Below are positions 1-12,750 of a stretch of DNA of 64,000 nucleotides, piece by piece. The stretch spans positions 1,823,478 through 1,887,477 of the forward strand of contig MU008158.1 of the NCBI GenBank assembly GCA_010909165.1, written 5' to 3'. Each line of letters begins with the position of its first letter. Positions within the stretch are counted from its first letter, which is position 1. A program made the position numbers and the translations under genes. The stretch comes from Anthoceros angustus. Lineage: Eukaryota > Plantae > Anthocerotophyta. The notes under the pieces were generated by a model that saw nothing but the letters and a program-made list of their open reading frames with translations, did not search any database and was not told the DNA's origin.

Positions 1-480
1 GTGCACGCAGGTGCTGCCGCTAGATGCTAGTGCTAGCGATGCTAGTGCTAGGCGATGCTAGGCGATGCTAGGCTGGGCGAGGTAGCTAGGTGATGCTAGC
101 ACCCAGGCCATGCTAGCGAGGCGAGGCTGGCACGAGCCAGCTCAAGTAGGCAAGGGACTCTCAAGTGTGCCCAAGGCTTAAGGCCAAGGAGAGAGGAGGC
201 GAAGCCCAAGTCCAAGGCGAGAGGAGGAGAAGAAGCCCAAGCCCAAGGCCAAGGAGAGGAGGAAGCCCAAGTCCAAGGCCAAGGAGAGGAGGCGAAGCCC
301 AAGTCCAAGGCCAAGGAGAGGAGGAGAAGAAGCCCAAGCCCAAGGCCAAGGAGAGGAGGCGAAGAAGCCCAAGTCCAAGGCCAAGGAGAGGAGGCGAAGA
401 AGCCCAAGTCCAAGGCCAAGGCCAAGGAGAGGAGGCAAAGCCTACCAAGGAGAGGAATGAGGCCTCCAAGGCTGGCCTTT
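1..480. repeat. Low-complexity tandem repeats (GCTAG/GATGCTAG-type at 1-125; ~30-45 bp AAGCCCAAGTCCAAGGCCAAGGAGAG(A)GGAGGCG units at ~165-450)
   Basis: Units directly visible; they generate the repetitive shadow ORFs at 96-536. Possibly LTR/leader of the downstream retroelement. Confidence 0.8.
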
Positions 481-599
481 AAGGCCAACCAACCAAGGGA
501 GAAACAAGAGTATTTTACTCTTGGGCCTGATTCCAAGGGATAAGGGGAAGTATAGACATGGGTATGTCATCAGTCCATTTGATTTCACTTTCGTCCAAA

Positions 600-662
600 A
601 CTCCTAGTTAGCGACCCCATCCTGTATCGATCCACCCACGGGTGCTTAACTGGAGTTCTATG
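600..662 (-). other. Degenerate 5S rRNA-like internal control region (A-box/C-box-like), Cassandra/SINE3-like fragment
   Basis: Minus strand reads CATAGAACTCCAGTTAAGCACCCGTGGGTGGATCGATACAGGATGGGGTCG, versus plant 5S CATCAGAACTCCGCAGTTAAGCGTGCTTGGGCGAGAGTAGTACTAGGATGGGTGACC. 5S 5' and 3' ends are absent. Confidence 0.4.
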
Positions 663-1351
663 CCTTTGCTATCCAACTCACCCAGCTCACATTTTTGAAG
701 ATATAGCAGAGTATTTGTATGATTTTAACATGCATAGATACTTAGAGGTTTCACTAATCACGATCTAAGATAGCGGGTGTTAACCTTGATTAAGGGTTTG
801 ACTAACCGCCTGGAGTGCATGCTCGACACACTCGATCCGGACGGAGCTACCAACCAGAAGTCCATCGAGCGAATTCAAGTCCCGACCAAGAGGAGAAGTG
901 CACCTCGATTTTGGTACCACAAGGACGCGGAGGAACCCAACACAATCAACAATCTTTGAAGGATCCGTGAGTGGCAACACACAAGACACGTTAGACAACT
1001 CAACAAGCGATAATGAGGAGGACTTGTCTCTTGAGTCGCCAAGATGGGAGGAGACAAGGATCGAATGGAGTTGTTCAGTGACGAGCGCACCTTTAACGGA
1101 GGACTTCATCGAGAAGTACGGCGGTGCGGAGATGGAATTGAAGACCGGATACACGAAGCATACGGCTTCATCCAAATGCCAAGTACTTGGGGATGAAGCA
1201 TTGGCGTTATCGCGAGCACAAGGCGAGGGTTGAGGCACATGGAGGACCAGGAGTAGTAGCTCAAGTTCAGGAACCAAGGAGCAGCGAGAAAGTGGGCACG
1301 ATCCCATCAAGAGATGTTTGACATCTTCCTACCGGAGTTTCGCAAGCACGG

Positions 1352-1810
1352 ATGAGAAGATCTCCGGTGACACACTTCAAGATGAAGTCGAGACCGCTAA
1401 GATGGCTTATCAAGAATCGACTGGTACGTGACACCAAGATCATGAGTGACCGATCGCAGAGAAGTACTTGTGCATTGCCATATGCACTGCATGAAGGTGC
1501 AACAAGCGTGCACAAGACGAAGGCAACACTACACCTCAAGGAAGTGTACGAGATGGTCGACAAGATAGGGCCCGACACTTTCTCTCGTGTGCAAGTGATT
1601 AGACAAGTAGTGGTGGACATGACCGACGCGGAGGTCGAGTGGAGGAGCTCGGCGAGACAAGCCACCCCACCCCAAGTGACGAGCCCCGCGTGAGGTGCCG
1701 AGGGAGACCATTCCCTCATGAGTGCGAGCATGCATTCGGAGGAGTCAAGGGTGAGGAGCCATGCCCTAGGTGTGGAGGTACGGGCACAATGAAGCGGCAT
1801 GTTGGAGAAG
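1352..1810 (+). pseudogene. Retrotransposon gag with CCHC zinc knuckle (frameshifted)
   Basis: ORF 1352-1693 is gag-like. TGC CCT AGG TGT GG/AGG TAC GGG CAC AAT GAA GCG GCA TGT TGG gives C-x2-C-x4-H-x4-C across one frameshift. Confidence 0.55.
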
Positions 1811-2499
1811 CATCCGAATTGCGGCTCACGGGTTATCGAAAGCAACCCCGCCAATGCATCCGCCAACCTCATCCACAAAATCAAGAGCAAAGGCGCCTGG
1901 AGGAGGCAGCAAGTCCCGTGGACAAAAGAAACGGGAAGCATCAAAGAAGACGATGGACAGCTACGTGGCACGCCTTGCAAAAGCGGAGAAGTTGGCGCGA
2001 AGGCGAAGATCAAGGAGAGCAGCTCATCATCGAGGACGAAGAAGATGAGCACAAGCTTGGATACATGGCGACTGACCGGATCCAAGGGCAGGAAGAAACC
2101 TCCGCGCCTACGAGAGAAGATAGCTCGAGGAAGAAGAGGATGTCTTGACACCGGCGGAAGACACGGAAGGAAGCTTGGATCCTCTTCCCGAACCTATGCC
2201 AAGATGCCAAAGTCGTTTGAGCCATTGCCAACAGAGCAACCGTGGGAGCAACATCAAAGTCCGAGTGGCGATGTGGAGAAACCCATGCGCAGATTGTCGA
2301 CGAGACGATGGCACAAAAGCTCGGAGATGCCATGTTTCAACAAGACATGGGGTTGAGCGTGAAGGAAGTCGGGTTTGACTCGGATGTTGACAACCCTTGA
2401 AGACAAGCAAGTGTCCAAATGTGCCACAACAGTAATGATGTCATTGCGACCTCGAGCCAAGCATCTCGTGGAGAAGAAGCCGCACGAGTGGGAGTGGCT

Positions 2500-2900
2500 T
2501 TGGTCAACAATCGGAGAGGCACATTGAAATCAATGGATTCGCACCAAGAGGGTTGATTGACACCGAGCACACCGGTGATCGTTGGAAGAAGAGTGAAGGA
2601 AGCGTTGGGTCTCCACCAAGAAAGGTTGAAGGAAACCAAGTGGAAGATCCACTGGGACCACGAGCATGTGTTGGGGTGACAAGACAAGGTCAAGGTTTCA
2701 TTCAAACCAAGAACACAGACTTCACCTTTGTCGAGGTACACCGCTTGGTCACCGATGCGACACTTTTGATGTCTTGCTGGACGCTTTGTACAAACCGAGT
2801 CATGGTGGATTTGTGGACGGAGATCTACTATCGACAGCCGGAGAAGCGGAGCAAAACCGATGAACGGATTGCCCGCATCCCTCTGCATGGCAAGGATCAT
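2500..2900 (+). pseudogene. Retroviral-like aspartic protease remnant
   Basis: 'GLIDT' followed ~70 codons later by '(T)FDVLLD..GGFVD' and 'VDLWTEIYYR' in two frames, resembling D(T/S)G ... YDVLLG-type retropepsin motifs. Position between gag and pol fits. Confidence 0.45.
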
Positions 2901-3230
2901 GAGAACCTCATTGCCAGCGTCTACCCGGTTTGGCGCAGAGTGAAGGACACGCCATACGTGCTTGAACCTCTTGGCGTGTCTAACAACCGAATCGACGATG
3001 GAGGATTTCGACGAGGAGGAGGAAGACAAGCTAGGGTTGCAACCACCCTCGGAGGAGGTTCTTCAAGTCACCGGAGAGCCGGGTGATCAGAATGAGCCGT
3101 GCAAAAGCGTGGAGGATGGTGCAAGAGGACCAGTGTCCTATGAGCCGGAGAACTCTGAAGTTCTTGCCTAGGGTTGAGCCTGTTGTGACCTAAACACCTG
3201 TGTCATCACATGGCGACCTCGGAAGACGGC

Positions 3231-4110
3231 ATAGTGCTCGTGGAACTCTTTGGAGGCATCGACGGCTTCAAGCAGTGTGGCATCAAAGTGCGAAGATCGT
3301 GCATTGTGACCCGGATCCAAAAGCAAGGATTGTGTCACGTGGGCGTAAGAGACTTGATGGGGAGTACCTAACCTCGACGTGGGAGTCGTGAAGGGTTACC
3401 GCCGATGGATGTTCGCATGATAGGGTTGTCCCATTTGAGTTGTCTTGGGCAACCGGTGGACCTTGTCATCGCAGTTGGGAGTGTCAAGGACTATCCTCCG
3501 CAGGGGTCAAGGTCGAAGGATCCACGGCAAAGATTGTTCTATGACGATGAGGATCTTGCGCTTGATCCGAAAGGGCAAGAAAGGCCTTGTGGATACATGT
3601 TGGAGAATGTGCCAAGATGCATGAGCGTGAAGAAGCAAGTTCGGAGGACTTTGCCACGATCCGAGGAGTGTTGGGTCGAGCTTCTATTGGATGCACTCAA
3701 TTTGGTTCGAGGGCTCATAGGTTGAGGTCCATGTGGACTAACCTTGCTCCCTTGGAACATTTGAAGTGTGCGAGGTCGCTCACCAAGCGACCTAATCATG
3801 TTGTCAAGGATGTGCTAGCATCGGAAGGCATGCCCAACAAGTCATCAAGACCGACAAGCCGCCGCACTTCCGTGAACACGCCTGACACCCCATGGCGGCT
3901 TGGCCAACCTTTGTGTCCAAGTCCAAGTCTTACGCCTTCGGAACCATGGCCCGTTGTGGTGGATGACATGGCGAGGTTTTGGGAGAGCCAATACCAGAGA
4001 GGAGTTGGCCATGGATTTGATGGAGCCACGAAGACACCGGAGTGACCGAAGGAAGGTGTCGATTGCTTGGGCAAGCATTTGACGTGAACATGATGACTGG
4101 TTGTTTAGCT
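3231..4110 (+). pseudogene. C5-cytosine DNA methyltransferase domain (frameshifted) inside retrotransposon
   Basis: Motif I IVLVELFGGI (3231-3260). Motif IV PVDLVIA(G)WECQGLSSAG with one-base slip (~3454-3504). DPRQRLFYD. Motif VI GYMLENVP (3591-3614). Motif VIII LLDA/QFGSRAHRLRSMWTNL (~3681-3745). Motif IX-like ELAMG(F). Motif X RCRLLGQAFDVNMM (~4054-4095). Canonical order. Confidence 0.85.
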
Positions 4111-4651
4111 ACCGAGTCGCTACCAACTTCAAACCAAGAAGGCGGGGTTGAAGCGGGTTCGGTGGGTGAAGGATTCCAGACTCGCATCTCAACAGGAGAA
4201 GGCGAGTTTGGAGGGCAAGGAGAGCGAGCACGAGAGGAAGCGTGCAAGCCATCGAGCCACAACCACATGAGTGGTTTGCGCCGAGTTGAAGAGCAATCAA
4301 CGGCGCCTAAAGGAGTTGTTGGAGGCATCGCGACATGTGTTTGCTTTCACGCTATGGAGATGGGGAAGTACACCAAAGGGAAGTTCCACATAGAACTAAT
4401 CAAGAATGAACCAAGGTTCCGCAGGAGGCACTCGAAGGCAAGAAGAAAAAAGCAACCTACTGGGGAGAGTAGTCCACATGAGGCCCATAAGGATATGTCA
4501 AGACAAGCCTCCACTCATGGACAAGGTTCATAACCTGACGACATTCCGAAGGAGATTGGTTTTGTGCACAATGCGCTACATGAGGTGCGACGTGTAGTCC
4601 TACTAATGATAATGTTTTGACTTAGAGTCTCACATTATCGGGGGATTGGTT

Positions 4652-5373
4652 GCACCTATATATCTGCGTATTCGATTTGTTGCTTGGTTGTTGGTCGAGG
4701 AAGTGCTTATATGAATTCAAGTGCTTCGCGGCTGTACCGTCATGCCGTGTGATACTAATCTGCACTTGGGTTTAGTGTTTGATTAGCATTAATTAATCTA
4801 ATTACTTATCTTTAAGTAAGTAATTAGTGTTAATTAATCTAAGTGCTTAATTAAGCATTGATTAGTGTTAATTAATCTAATGTGCTTATGTTAATTAAGC
4901 ATTGATTAGTGTTAATTAAACATGGTTAGCACATGGGATAGTAATATGCTTGGCATATTCCTTGCATATTATAGTGTATTCTTAGGATACAATAGCTGGG
5001 AAGCTCAAGTAATATGCTTTGGCATATTCCTTGCATATTATAGTGTATTCTTAGGATATTTCGCATATGTCATGCCAATAGGATATCTAATACGTCACGC
5101 CGTGGTCCAAGATACATATAGACCCTTCCATTGAGGACAAGCTCGGATCATAGCTTGTCCTCTGAGACATAAACGCAAGAAGAGCATTGTGAGGAGGCCA
5201 AAGCTATGACTCAGGAGGCGATGTGTGAGGAATTTGCGTGTTGTTCTCGGAGAGGTGTTTGTGCCACCACGGAGCTACCTCCCGTCACATTTATTGCACC
5301 TATATATCCTCACGTATTCGATTTGTTCGCTTGGTTGTTGGTCGAGGAAGTGCTTATATGAATTCAAGTGCTT
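4652..5373. repeat. ~80-bp direct repeat (4652-4735 / 5296-5373) enclosing AT-rich tandem repeats (TTGATTAGTGTTAATTAA, ~4780-4920) and a duplicated ~50-bp unit (4945-4990 / 5012-5060)
   Basis: GCACCTATATATC...GTATTCGATTTGTT(C)GCTTGGTTGTTGGTCGAGGAAGTGCTTATATGAATTCAAGTGCTT occurs twice. Confidence 0.75.
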
Positions 5374-5379
5374 ACCTCG

Positions 5380-7800
5380 CATGACAAATTGCGATATAGA
5401 ACCTAAGTAAGCCACAACATATGTATGTATCACATCTTGGATAACGACATATGGTTAAATTAGCATCATTCCGCAAATTTGCGAGTGCGATACGCCCGAC
5501 TTGAACGTGTGATTGTGGATCATACACCCCACCACATGGACAAGAATACCAGTCTTCTTTAGCCCTTAGGCCATCTAAGTATATGCGGTAAGGATGTTTT
5601 TTCTCGATCCATGCCATCGATACATAACAACATGTACTTGTGAGGCTCGGTGTATCCTTTCGCTCGATGTTTTGTCAACTTCTTCCGCCTCCTCCATAAG
5701 CTTTATGCGATGTTTGTTCAACGCGTCCCGATATATATCCGCCTTCAACCAAACATCATGTCGTGTCCATCCATGAAATATAACGCCATGCGCTAACCAG
5801 ACCAACCAACGGAGTTCGACATAACCCGTAGGGGCAAAGGGGCAATAGCATGATGGCAACCCTCGGAAGGGTCATGCCCCCAACAGCGAACCTAGGGATC
5901 CACCCGTTGTATGGCCCAGGCAGATCTAGTGTCCTTAAATCCCATCTGGTAAGGGCGCCGGCTGCCCGCCGGCCCCCTCCCCTACCGCCCCTCAATTACG
6001 GATGTGGCATGCCGGCGCCCTCCCAAGCTCCTTTAGGGTTTAGGGTTACTGCATGTTGCCGCCCTCCTCTCCCCCATTGCACACCCCCTCAACCCACGAG
6101 GGCGCCGGCATGCCGGCGCCCTCCTCCTCTCCCCCTCCCACAACACATGAGGGCACTGCATGCCGGCGTCGAACCCCGCGCCCCCGCCTCCGCAATGAGG
6201 GCCGTGGCATGCCGCCTTCCCTACCTCCTTTAGGGTTTAGGTCCCCGCATGCGCCGCCTCCCTCCGCACACTCCTGCACGCCTCCCTCCCCTCACCCATG
6301 AGGGCGCCGGCATGCCGCGCCTCCTCCTCTCCTCCCACGACCGAGGCGCCGGCATGCCGGCGCCCTCCTCTCTCCCCACTCGATGGCGGCGCGACCGCCC
6401 GCCTTCATCTCAGGGCCGAACCGGTTGTGCCTCGACCAAGGTTCAACCTCCACCATCACAACGCCCACCGTTAGATATCGATGGCCGCCACTTCTAACCT
6501 TTCACCTGCTTATACCATGCCGAAAAACGGTGTGGAGCGATGAGCTTACCTTGATCCGTCTGCGATCCAAAGGTTCAATGTTGAACTTTAGACCGCGCAA
6601 AGAGAACATGATTGGATTTGGGTATCTTCACGCTTGAAGTTCTCGCCCCATAGTCTCGTAAAGTATAATGAAATATCAGCCCTTTTGCTCCATGCCACAT
6701 TTGTATTGTGTCCACACTTCTAGTTTGGTGAAAGTGTCGAAGATTGTAGACTTCAACATTAGGCGCCGCTCGCCAATTGCGTAAATGTTGCATCCATCCA
6801 TGCAATAGCGCCTAATGCATGAGAGGATTTCACCCGGGGCTTGGCTTGCTACAATCCCATGGTGAATTCAAGATCGCCTTCACCTCCTCGCACCTTCCGA
6901 CCCTATGCAATACACCCTTCTGAAGGATTTCAGGCAACACTTGATTGGAACCGGTGCCTTCAGGAAAGTATAGACTTTGTCTTTGCCATTCGACCCATGG
7001 TCAGGTCTTACAAGGGTCTCTAGGAATGTCTCTTGCTCAGACCTTCCCAACCTAAGGAACCTTTGCCTCTCTTCCTGGAAACCCTCCCTCGAAAGTCGTT
7101 GAATACATACTTTGTTGCAACACGGTTTACGGAAATCATCCAGAATTGTGTCCGTCTCAGTCTTCTTCAAGGAGACACCACCGCTACTGCAAACGAAACG
7201 CAAGCTCGTCATAGTCGCAATGTCTCCGACATTGGCTTCGGATGATATGTACACGCAGCCCGTGAGGTGAACGGGAGGGTGGGGAACGTTGTCGTCGCCA
7301 GCAATATCGCTCCCCGATGCACCCAAAACTCCACACGGAGGGCGAAAGAGACCTCTCATTGCTGATGGCTCACTCGAGGGCGGGCGGCATCCTCGCCTCG
7401 GGCTAAGTTCCATAGCCGCATACAAGTTCAAGTTCCGAGGCGCCGGTGGCACATAGGGGTGCACGAAAGGTGATGAGTCCTTCGACCCTCGAGCTCGCAA
7501 GCATGTTTGCCGAATACAAGGTGAAGCTCATCGTCATCCAAAGACGGTGATGATTACCATTGCAAACCCGCATGCCCTGTTGACGGGCGGCTTGAAAACA
7601 TCCGGAACATTTACGAATTATGAAACACGAGCTTTTCAACAAAGACTTAATGTGGTCGCCTCATCGCCGCAAAGTTTGCAAGCGCTTACGGAAATAGATC
7701 GCTGGATGCTCCTTCGTCGCATGCGCGCTGAGTGCAAGACATTACCAAGGGACAAGTTCCTCCCATCTCGCACTGCCGATCAAGATGCATGACACCACGG
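5380..7800 (-). pseudogene. Sola/DUF7869-like DDE transposase, copy A (fragmented)
   Basis: Fragments 'RKPCCNKVCIQRLSREGFQEERQRFLRLGRSEQETFL...CCLKSFRRVYCIGS', 'PNVEVYNL', 'IYRDALNKHR' and 'LRNDANLTIC' match the 58.4-62.2 kb copy in order. Interrupted by a GC-rich intron-like block at ~5850-6480. Confidence 0.7.
5958..6400. repeat. GC-rich block with repeated GCATGC-centred palindromes
   Basis: Perfect 26-bp palindrome GAGGGCGCCGGCATGCCGGCGCCCTC at 6098-6123, plus many variants. Confidence 0.85.
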
Positions 7801-9759
7801 TCGAACAACGACCAAATGGATATACTACATTGAAGGAGGCAATCGCTTTAAGCTACCGTATCCTCATCGGTATGGGTGGAGTGGAGCATGGTGTGTGACG
7901 TCACGTCGCTGAACGCGAACGAGCCACCACAACCAGAGCAACAAACAAGGAGGAGGGCAAATTAGTATGAGACATCGGAGAACAAGCTGGATGCCTTAGC
8001 GTCAATATTTCCAGCATTCACGTGGAGAAGATCTACCTATCAAGTGCCGGATCCGACGCCGCCATTTCAAGCGACATAAATGTTGCGGCCGCTTGGTATC
8101 GGAATCATTTAATGCAGCACGTAACACCACGCTGGAAAACATGGGCACCCGCTTAACGAAACCATGGCAAAGCAAGCGGTGCCGTCAATTAGGGTTCCTA
8201 AAATGGACACTGTCAAACGCGGTGGCGATTACCGCTTTTAACCCGCCCCGACCTTTTAGGCGTTCAACCTTACCGTAATGGAGCGCCCATCACGGCCTAC
8301 ACCGTGTTCACGAAGCGTGAGTTGCGCCCACTTCCGCAAGCGTGAACGCCCGGATTGCGCCGCCCACGCCGCTTGTTCGTGATTTTTGTCAATTGCGCCG
8401 CCGTGACTTCGTGCGCGCGCATCCCGCCTCCTTTTGCATTGAGGGAGAACGGGTAGTCACCGTAATCAATCACCGCTTCGTGCAGGCTATGGCAAGTGGG
8501 CGGCGCAAGAAGGAATTGGCGGATCGAAGAAGAAACCCGCATGTAGACAAACCAAAACGAAAGAGACCAAAAGGGAAGAAGGCGAGCAGCCACGCAAAGG
8601 AGCCGTGTGGAGTGGATGCACACCAAAGTTCGAGCCGACCGGTGTTCCAATTGTGAGCACATTCTTCAAAGGTAACGCCGCCTGATGTCGCAGCGCCCCG
8701 AACTCTCGTGATCCCGCGGTCGGCAAAGGTGAGCAACGAAGGGAGCGGTGAGGGAAATCGAGATGGCCAAGTCACAAAAGCCACCGCCGCGGATTCTAAT
8801 CCTCACCTTTACGCTTGAGGAGACTGCTCAATTGCGCAGACACACTAACCAGATTGATGAGACAATTCTCCGGGAGAAGGACGGCTTGTGACATGAGCGC
8901 AGAGCTCAAGAAGACAATGTGGTGTGGACACCCATGCTGAAATTGTGGATTTATGGCCACAATGGTGCTCAATCGAGAGCTGTATGGGTATGTGGTCCGG
9001 CAACTTTGATAGAAGCGGAAGGAGATCCGGATATTCACGGGTGACTTCAAAGCCTTATGGGTTTGAAGCTTTGCTGGTCGGAAGATTACAGGTTCGTGTT
9101 GAGCATAGGTGCTTGCAGAAAAGTGCGAGCCACGAACCGCCTCTTAAATTCGGAAGCTCTAATCGAGGATTGTAAGTGTGTGTCTTTGGAAGTCATTGAT
9201 TTTGAAGTTTTGGAACATCATTGCATCCACTTAACACTTTTGGCACTTCTAACGCTGTAATGCAAGGAATTTTTATCGATGCTTATGTGAGGTGATTACA
9301 AGTTCTATCATCAATCACCGCCGAGATGTCTTTAGAAGGACCGGCTATCTCGACTATGAACCGAAGGAGATGAGGACGAGGCAGTATGGACCCTCGTGAA
9401 GAGGATGGCCCTATACCGAGCCGCCACGATGATGACGAAATGTCGGAGGAGGACGGTGATAATCCTTGAGGACGGCTGTAACGGAATTTGCTTCCATAAT
9501 GCGGGCATCCATGCGGTGCCCACTATTCCTTCCAATTGATGAGGACATGGGTCAGAATGGAATTGCCCGCAGTGGAGCACATGGAGTTGGGTACCCCACA
9601 GTGCATCGGTTTATATGTGGTATGAAGGCATGGGAGGAGAGGGCGCCGGGCGTGCGCCTTCCTCGGCACAACCGCAGAAGGCATCCAAGTACTATGGGAT
9701 GTGCGGAGGGCACCCAAGTTAGCCGTAACATCCCGAACTAGCCAGCCGGCCGCACTGAG

Positions 9760-12750
9760 GGAGGGCGCCGCATGCCGCGCCGGCCTTGGGACGAGAGGGC
9801 GCGCATGCCGGCGCCCTGGCCTTGGGAGAGGGAGGGCGCGCATGCCGCGCCTCCGCTGGGAGAGAGGGCGCCGGCATGCCGCGCCCGGCCTTGGGACGAG
9901 GGAGGGCGCGGCATGCCGGCCTCCCGCCTTGGGAGGGAGGGCGCCGGCGGCCTGGGAGAGGGCGCATGCCGCGCCCGCCTTGGGAGGGAGGGCGCTGCAT
10001 GCCGCGCCTCCCGGCCTTGGGAGAGGGAGGGCGCCGCATGCCGCGCCGCCAGCCTGGGACAGGGGGCGCCGCATGCCGCGCCCGTGATGCCGGCGATAGT
10101 GGAGGCGATCGGAAGTAGTGGGAAGCGCAAACGGAGTTCGACATATACCGGGTTTGGGGGGGTCAACAAATGTGGAGCCCGAAAGAGATTTGAGAAGGAA
10201 GAAAGGCAAGCGCAGCAGAGCGGCAGACGAACGACATCCGACTATGCATGTCGCGATCGACGGGAGAGGCTGGAGGCCTCCATTCGTGATGAAGATTATT
10301 TTGCGAATATCGAGAGGCATACGCCAAGAAAGTGGTTCCAAAGCCTTATGGGTTTGAAGCTTTGCTGCAATGGAAGATTACAGGTGTTCGTGTTGAGCAT
10401 AGCAGCTTGCAAAGAAAAGTGCGAGCCACGGAACGCTCTTAAATTCCGGAAGCTCTTCGACCAAGGATTGTAAGTGTATGTCTTTGGAAGTCATTGATTT
10501 TGAAGTTTTGGAACATCCTTGCATCCATTTAACACTTTTCGGCACTTCTAACTCTTGGGCAGAATGCAAGGAATTTTTATCGATGCTTATGTGAGGTGAT
10601 TACAAGTTCTATCATCAATCACCGTCGGGAGATGTCTTTTAGAAGGACCAGGGCTGGGCTATCTGACTATGAACTGGAAGGAGATGAGGACGAGGCAGAG
10701 TATGGACCCTCAGGTGAAGAGGATGGCCCTATACCGGAGCTGCTTGGCCAGACAGATGACGAAATGTCGGAGGAGGACGGTGATAACAGCCTTGAGGACG
10801 ACAGAATGGAATTTGCTTCCATAATGCCTGGGGCATCCATGCTGGTGCCCACTATTCCTTCCAATCCAGATGAGGACATGGGTCGCAGTGGGAATTGCCC
10901 GCAGTGGGAGGCCATGGAGTTGGGCATACAGAATCGGTTTATATCGGTATGAAGGCATGGAGGAGAGGAAGGGCGCCGGCATGCCGCGCCTCGGCACAAC
11001 CGCAGAAGGCATCCAAGTACTATGGGATGTGCGGAGGGCACCCAAGCAGCTGACTGCCGGAACCAGCCCGCCGGCGGCCGGAGGGAGGGCGCCGCATGCC
11101 GCGCCCGCCTTGGGACGAGGAGGGCGCATGCCGCGCCGGTGGCCTTGGGACGAGGGAGGGCGCGCATGCCGCGCCCGGCCTTGGGACGAGGAGGGCGCCG
11201 CATGCCGCCTCACCGGCCTTGGGACGAGGGAGGGCGCCGGCATGCCGGCGCCTGTGCCTTGGGAGGGAGGCGCCGCATGCCGCGCCCGGGAGAGGCGCTG
11301 CATGCCGCGCCCGGCCTTGGGAGGGAGGCGCCGCATGCCGCCTCCCGGCCTTGGGAAGCAGAGGGCGCGCATGCCGCGCCAGCCTGGGAGAGGGAGGCGC
11401 CGGCATGCCGGCGCCCTCCGTGATGCTGATGATAGTGGAGGCGTATCGGGAGGTAGTGGGAAGCGCAAACGGAGTTCGACATATGCAGCTGGTTTGGGGG
11501 GCAGGTCAACAAATGTGGAGCCCGAAAGAGATTTGAGAAGGAAGAAAGGCAAGCGCGCAGCAGGAGCGGCAGACAACAACGACATCCCGACTATGCATGT
11601 CGCGACTGACGGGGAGAGGCTGGAGGCCTCCATTCAGGATGAAGATTATTTGCGGAGTATCAGAGAGGCAGCATACGTGAAGAAAGTGGTTCAAACAGTT
11701 CTTCCGAAATTAGAGAATTTAAGGCTGCATCCTTTCTTTCTCCGGATGCATGATTCGGATTGTGGATGAAGCTTGGACCAACTACCCTCGAGTCATTTCG
11801 AAAGGTAGAGTGGAGGAAGGTGTCCTGCCTCATGCATGATTGACCCAGGAGTGCCGACATTCAATCTATAGATCGGATAAGTTTAGAGCCAAGAAGTATG
11901 TCATGGGAGTGCTCGTGGCAATCACACCTAAACGATGAAGCATCCGGACATATCTCCATCAAGGCCGATACCAATGGATGGAAGCCCATGTGTATTGTGG
12001 GCTCACTTTACCGAGATGAGGGTTCGCCACCGACCACAACACTATGTCGACAAACGGAAGATGAATTTCATTGAGCAAGTAAGGTACTTGCGAGATGAGT
12101 TGCAGATTGCAAAGAGAGTTGGTGTCAATATGAGCATGAACTGGAAGTTCAACCTGTATAAGGTGCTAGGCTTGATAGATGATGATGAGGCCAGAGAGGA
12201 TGAGCAGTACAAGCAAAACAAGGTCGACAATCGCACACATATCCTTTGCATCGCCAAACTGGAAGGGAGAGTGTGGGAAAATGTTGATAAGATCTTCACG
12301 AAGTGGGAGGCCATGGAGTTGCCAGAACAAGCCAAACATGTTGCCGCAGAAGGCATCCAAGTACTATGGGATGTGCGGAGGGCACCCAAGGTTAGCGAAC
12401 ATCGGGAACTAGCCGTGGCCGGCCTCAGCGGAGAGGCGCCGGCATGCCGCGCCTCCCGGCCTTGGGACGAGAGGGCGCCGGCATCTCGGGGCGAAGAGGG
12501 CGGCATGCCGGCGCCCTCGGCCTTGGGAGCGGCATGCCGCGCCCGCTGGCCTTGGGAGAGGGCGCCGGCATGCCGCGCCAGCCTGGGACGAGGGAGGCGG
12601 CATGCGCCTCCTCCTTGGGAGGGAGGGCGCCGGCATGCCGCGCCTCCGCTGGGAGAGGGCGCCGGCATGCCGCGCCTCCCGGCCTTGGGAGGAGGGCGCG
12701 GCATGCCGGCGCCAGCCTGGGACACAGGAGGGCGCCGGCATGCCGCGCCC
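9760..12750. repeat. Three copies of a GC-rich minisatellite (9760-10090, 11070-11420, 12430-12750) built from CCTTGGGA(C/G)AGGGAGGGCGCCG(G)CATGCCG(G)CGCC units
   Basis: Direct inspection; same palindromic core as 5958-6400. Confidence 0.85.

Larger units (their letters stand above)
777..4533 (+). mobile_element. Degenerate, 3'-truncated Ty3/Gypsy-like LTR retrotransposon with order gag-Zn knuckle-protease-C5 DNA methyltransferase-(RT start)
   Basis: Frameshifted CCHC knuckle (CPRCG/YGHNEAAC, ~1760-1800), protease-like segments (LIDT ~2553; FDVLL/VDLWTEIYYR ~2760-2830), C5-MTase motifs at 3231-4110, and an RT-leader-like 'GKFHIELIKNEPRFRRR' at ~4375-4430. No RT core, RNase H or integrase follows. 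Confidence 0.7.

Noticed and set aside
96-536. Repetitive ORFs (SSPWPWTWA / LGLGLG / RRRSPSPR)
   Set aside because: Translations of a tandem DNA repeat in several frames; no domain evidence.
600-662. Functional 5S rRNA gene
   Set aside because: Only the central part resembles 5S, with many mismatches and no terminal stem; kept as a derived fragment.
777-4533. DIRS-type element as the explanation for a retroelement-borne MTase
   Set aside because: DIRS MT domains are adenine-MTase-like, lie after RNase H, and DIRS lack a protease. Here a C5-MTase follows a protease-like region.
4960-5050. ATATTATAGTGTATT as the missing left TIR of copy A
   Set aside because: Wrong orientation for a left TIR, poor match and part of a local tandem duplication.
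6030-6050. TTTAGGG telomere-like repeats (also ~6231-6241)
   Set aside because: Only about two units; telo-box-like or chance, not an interstitial telomere array.
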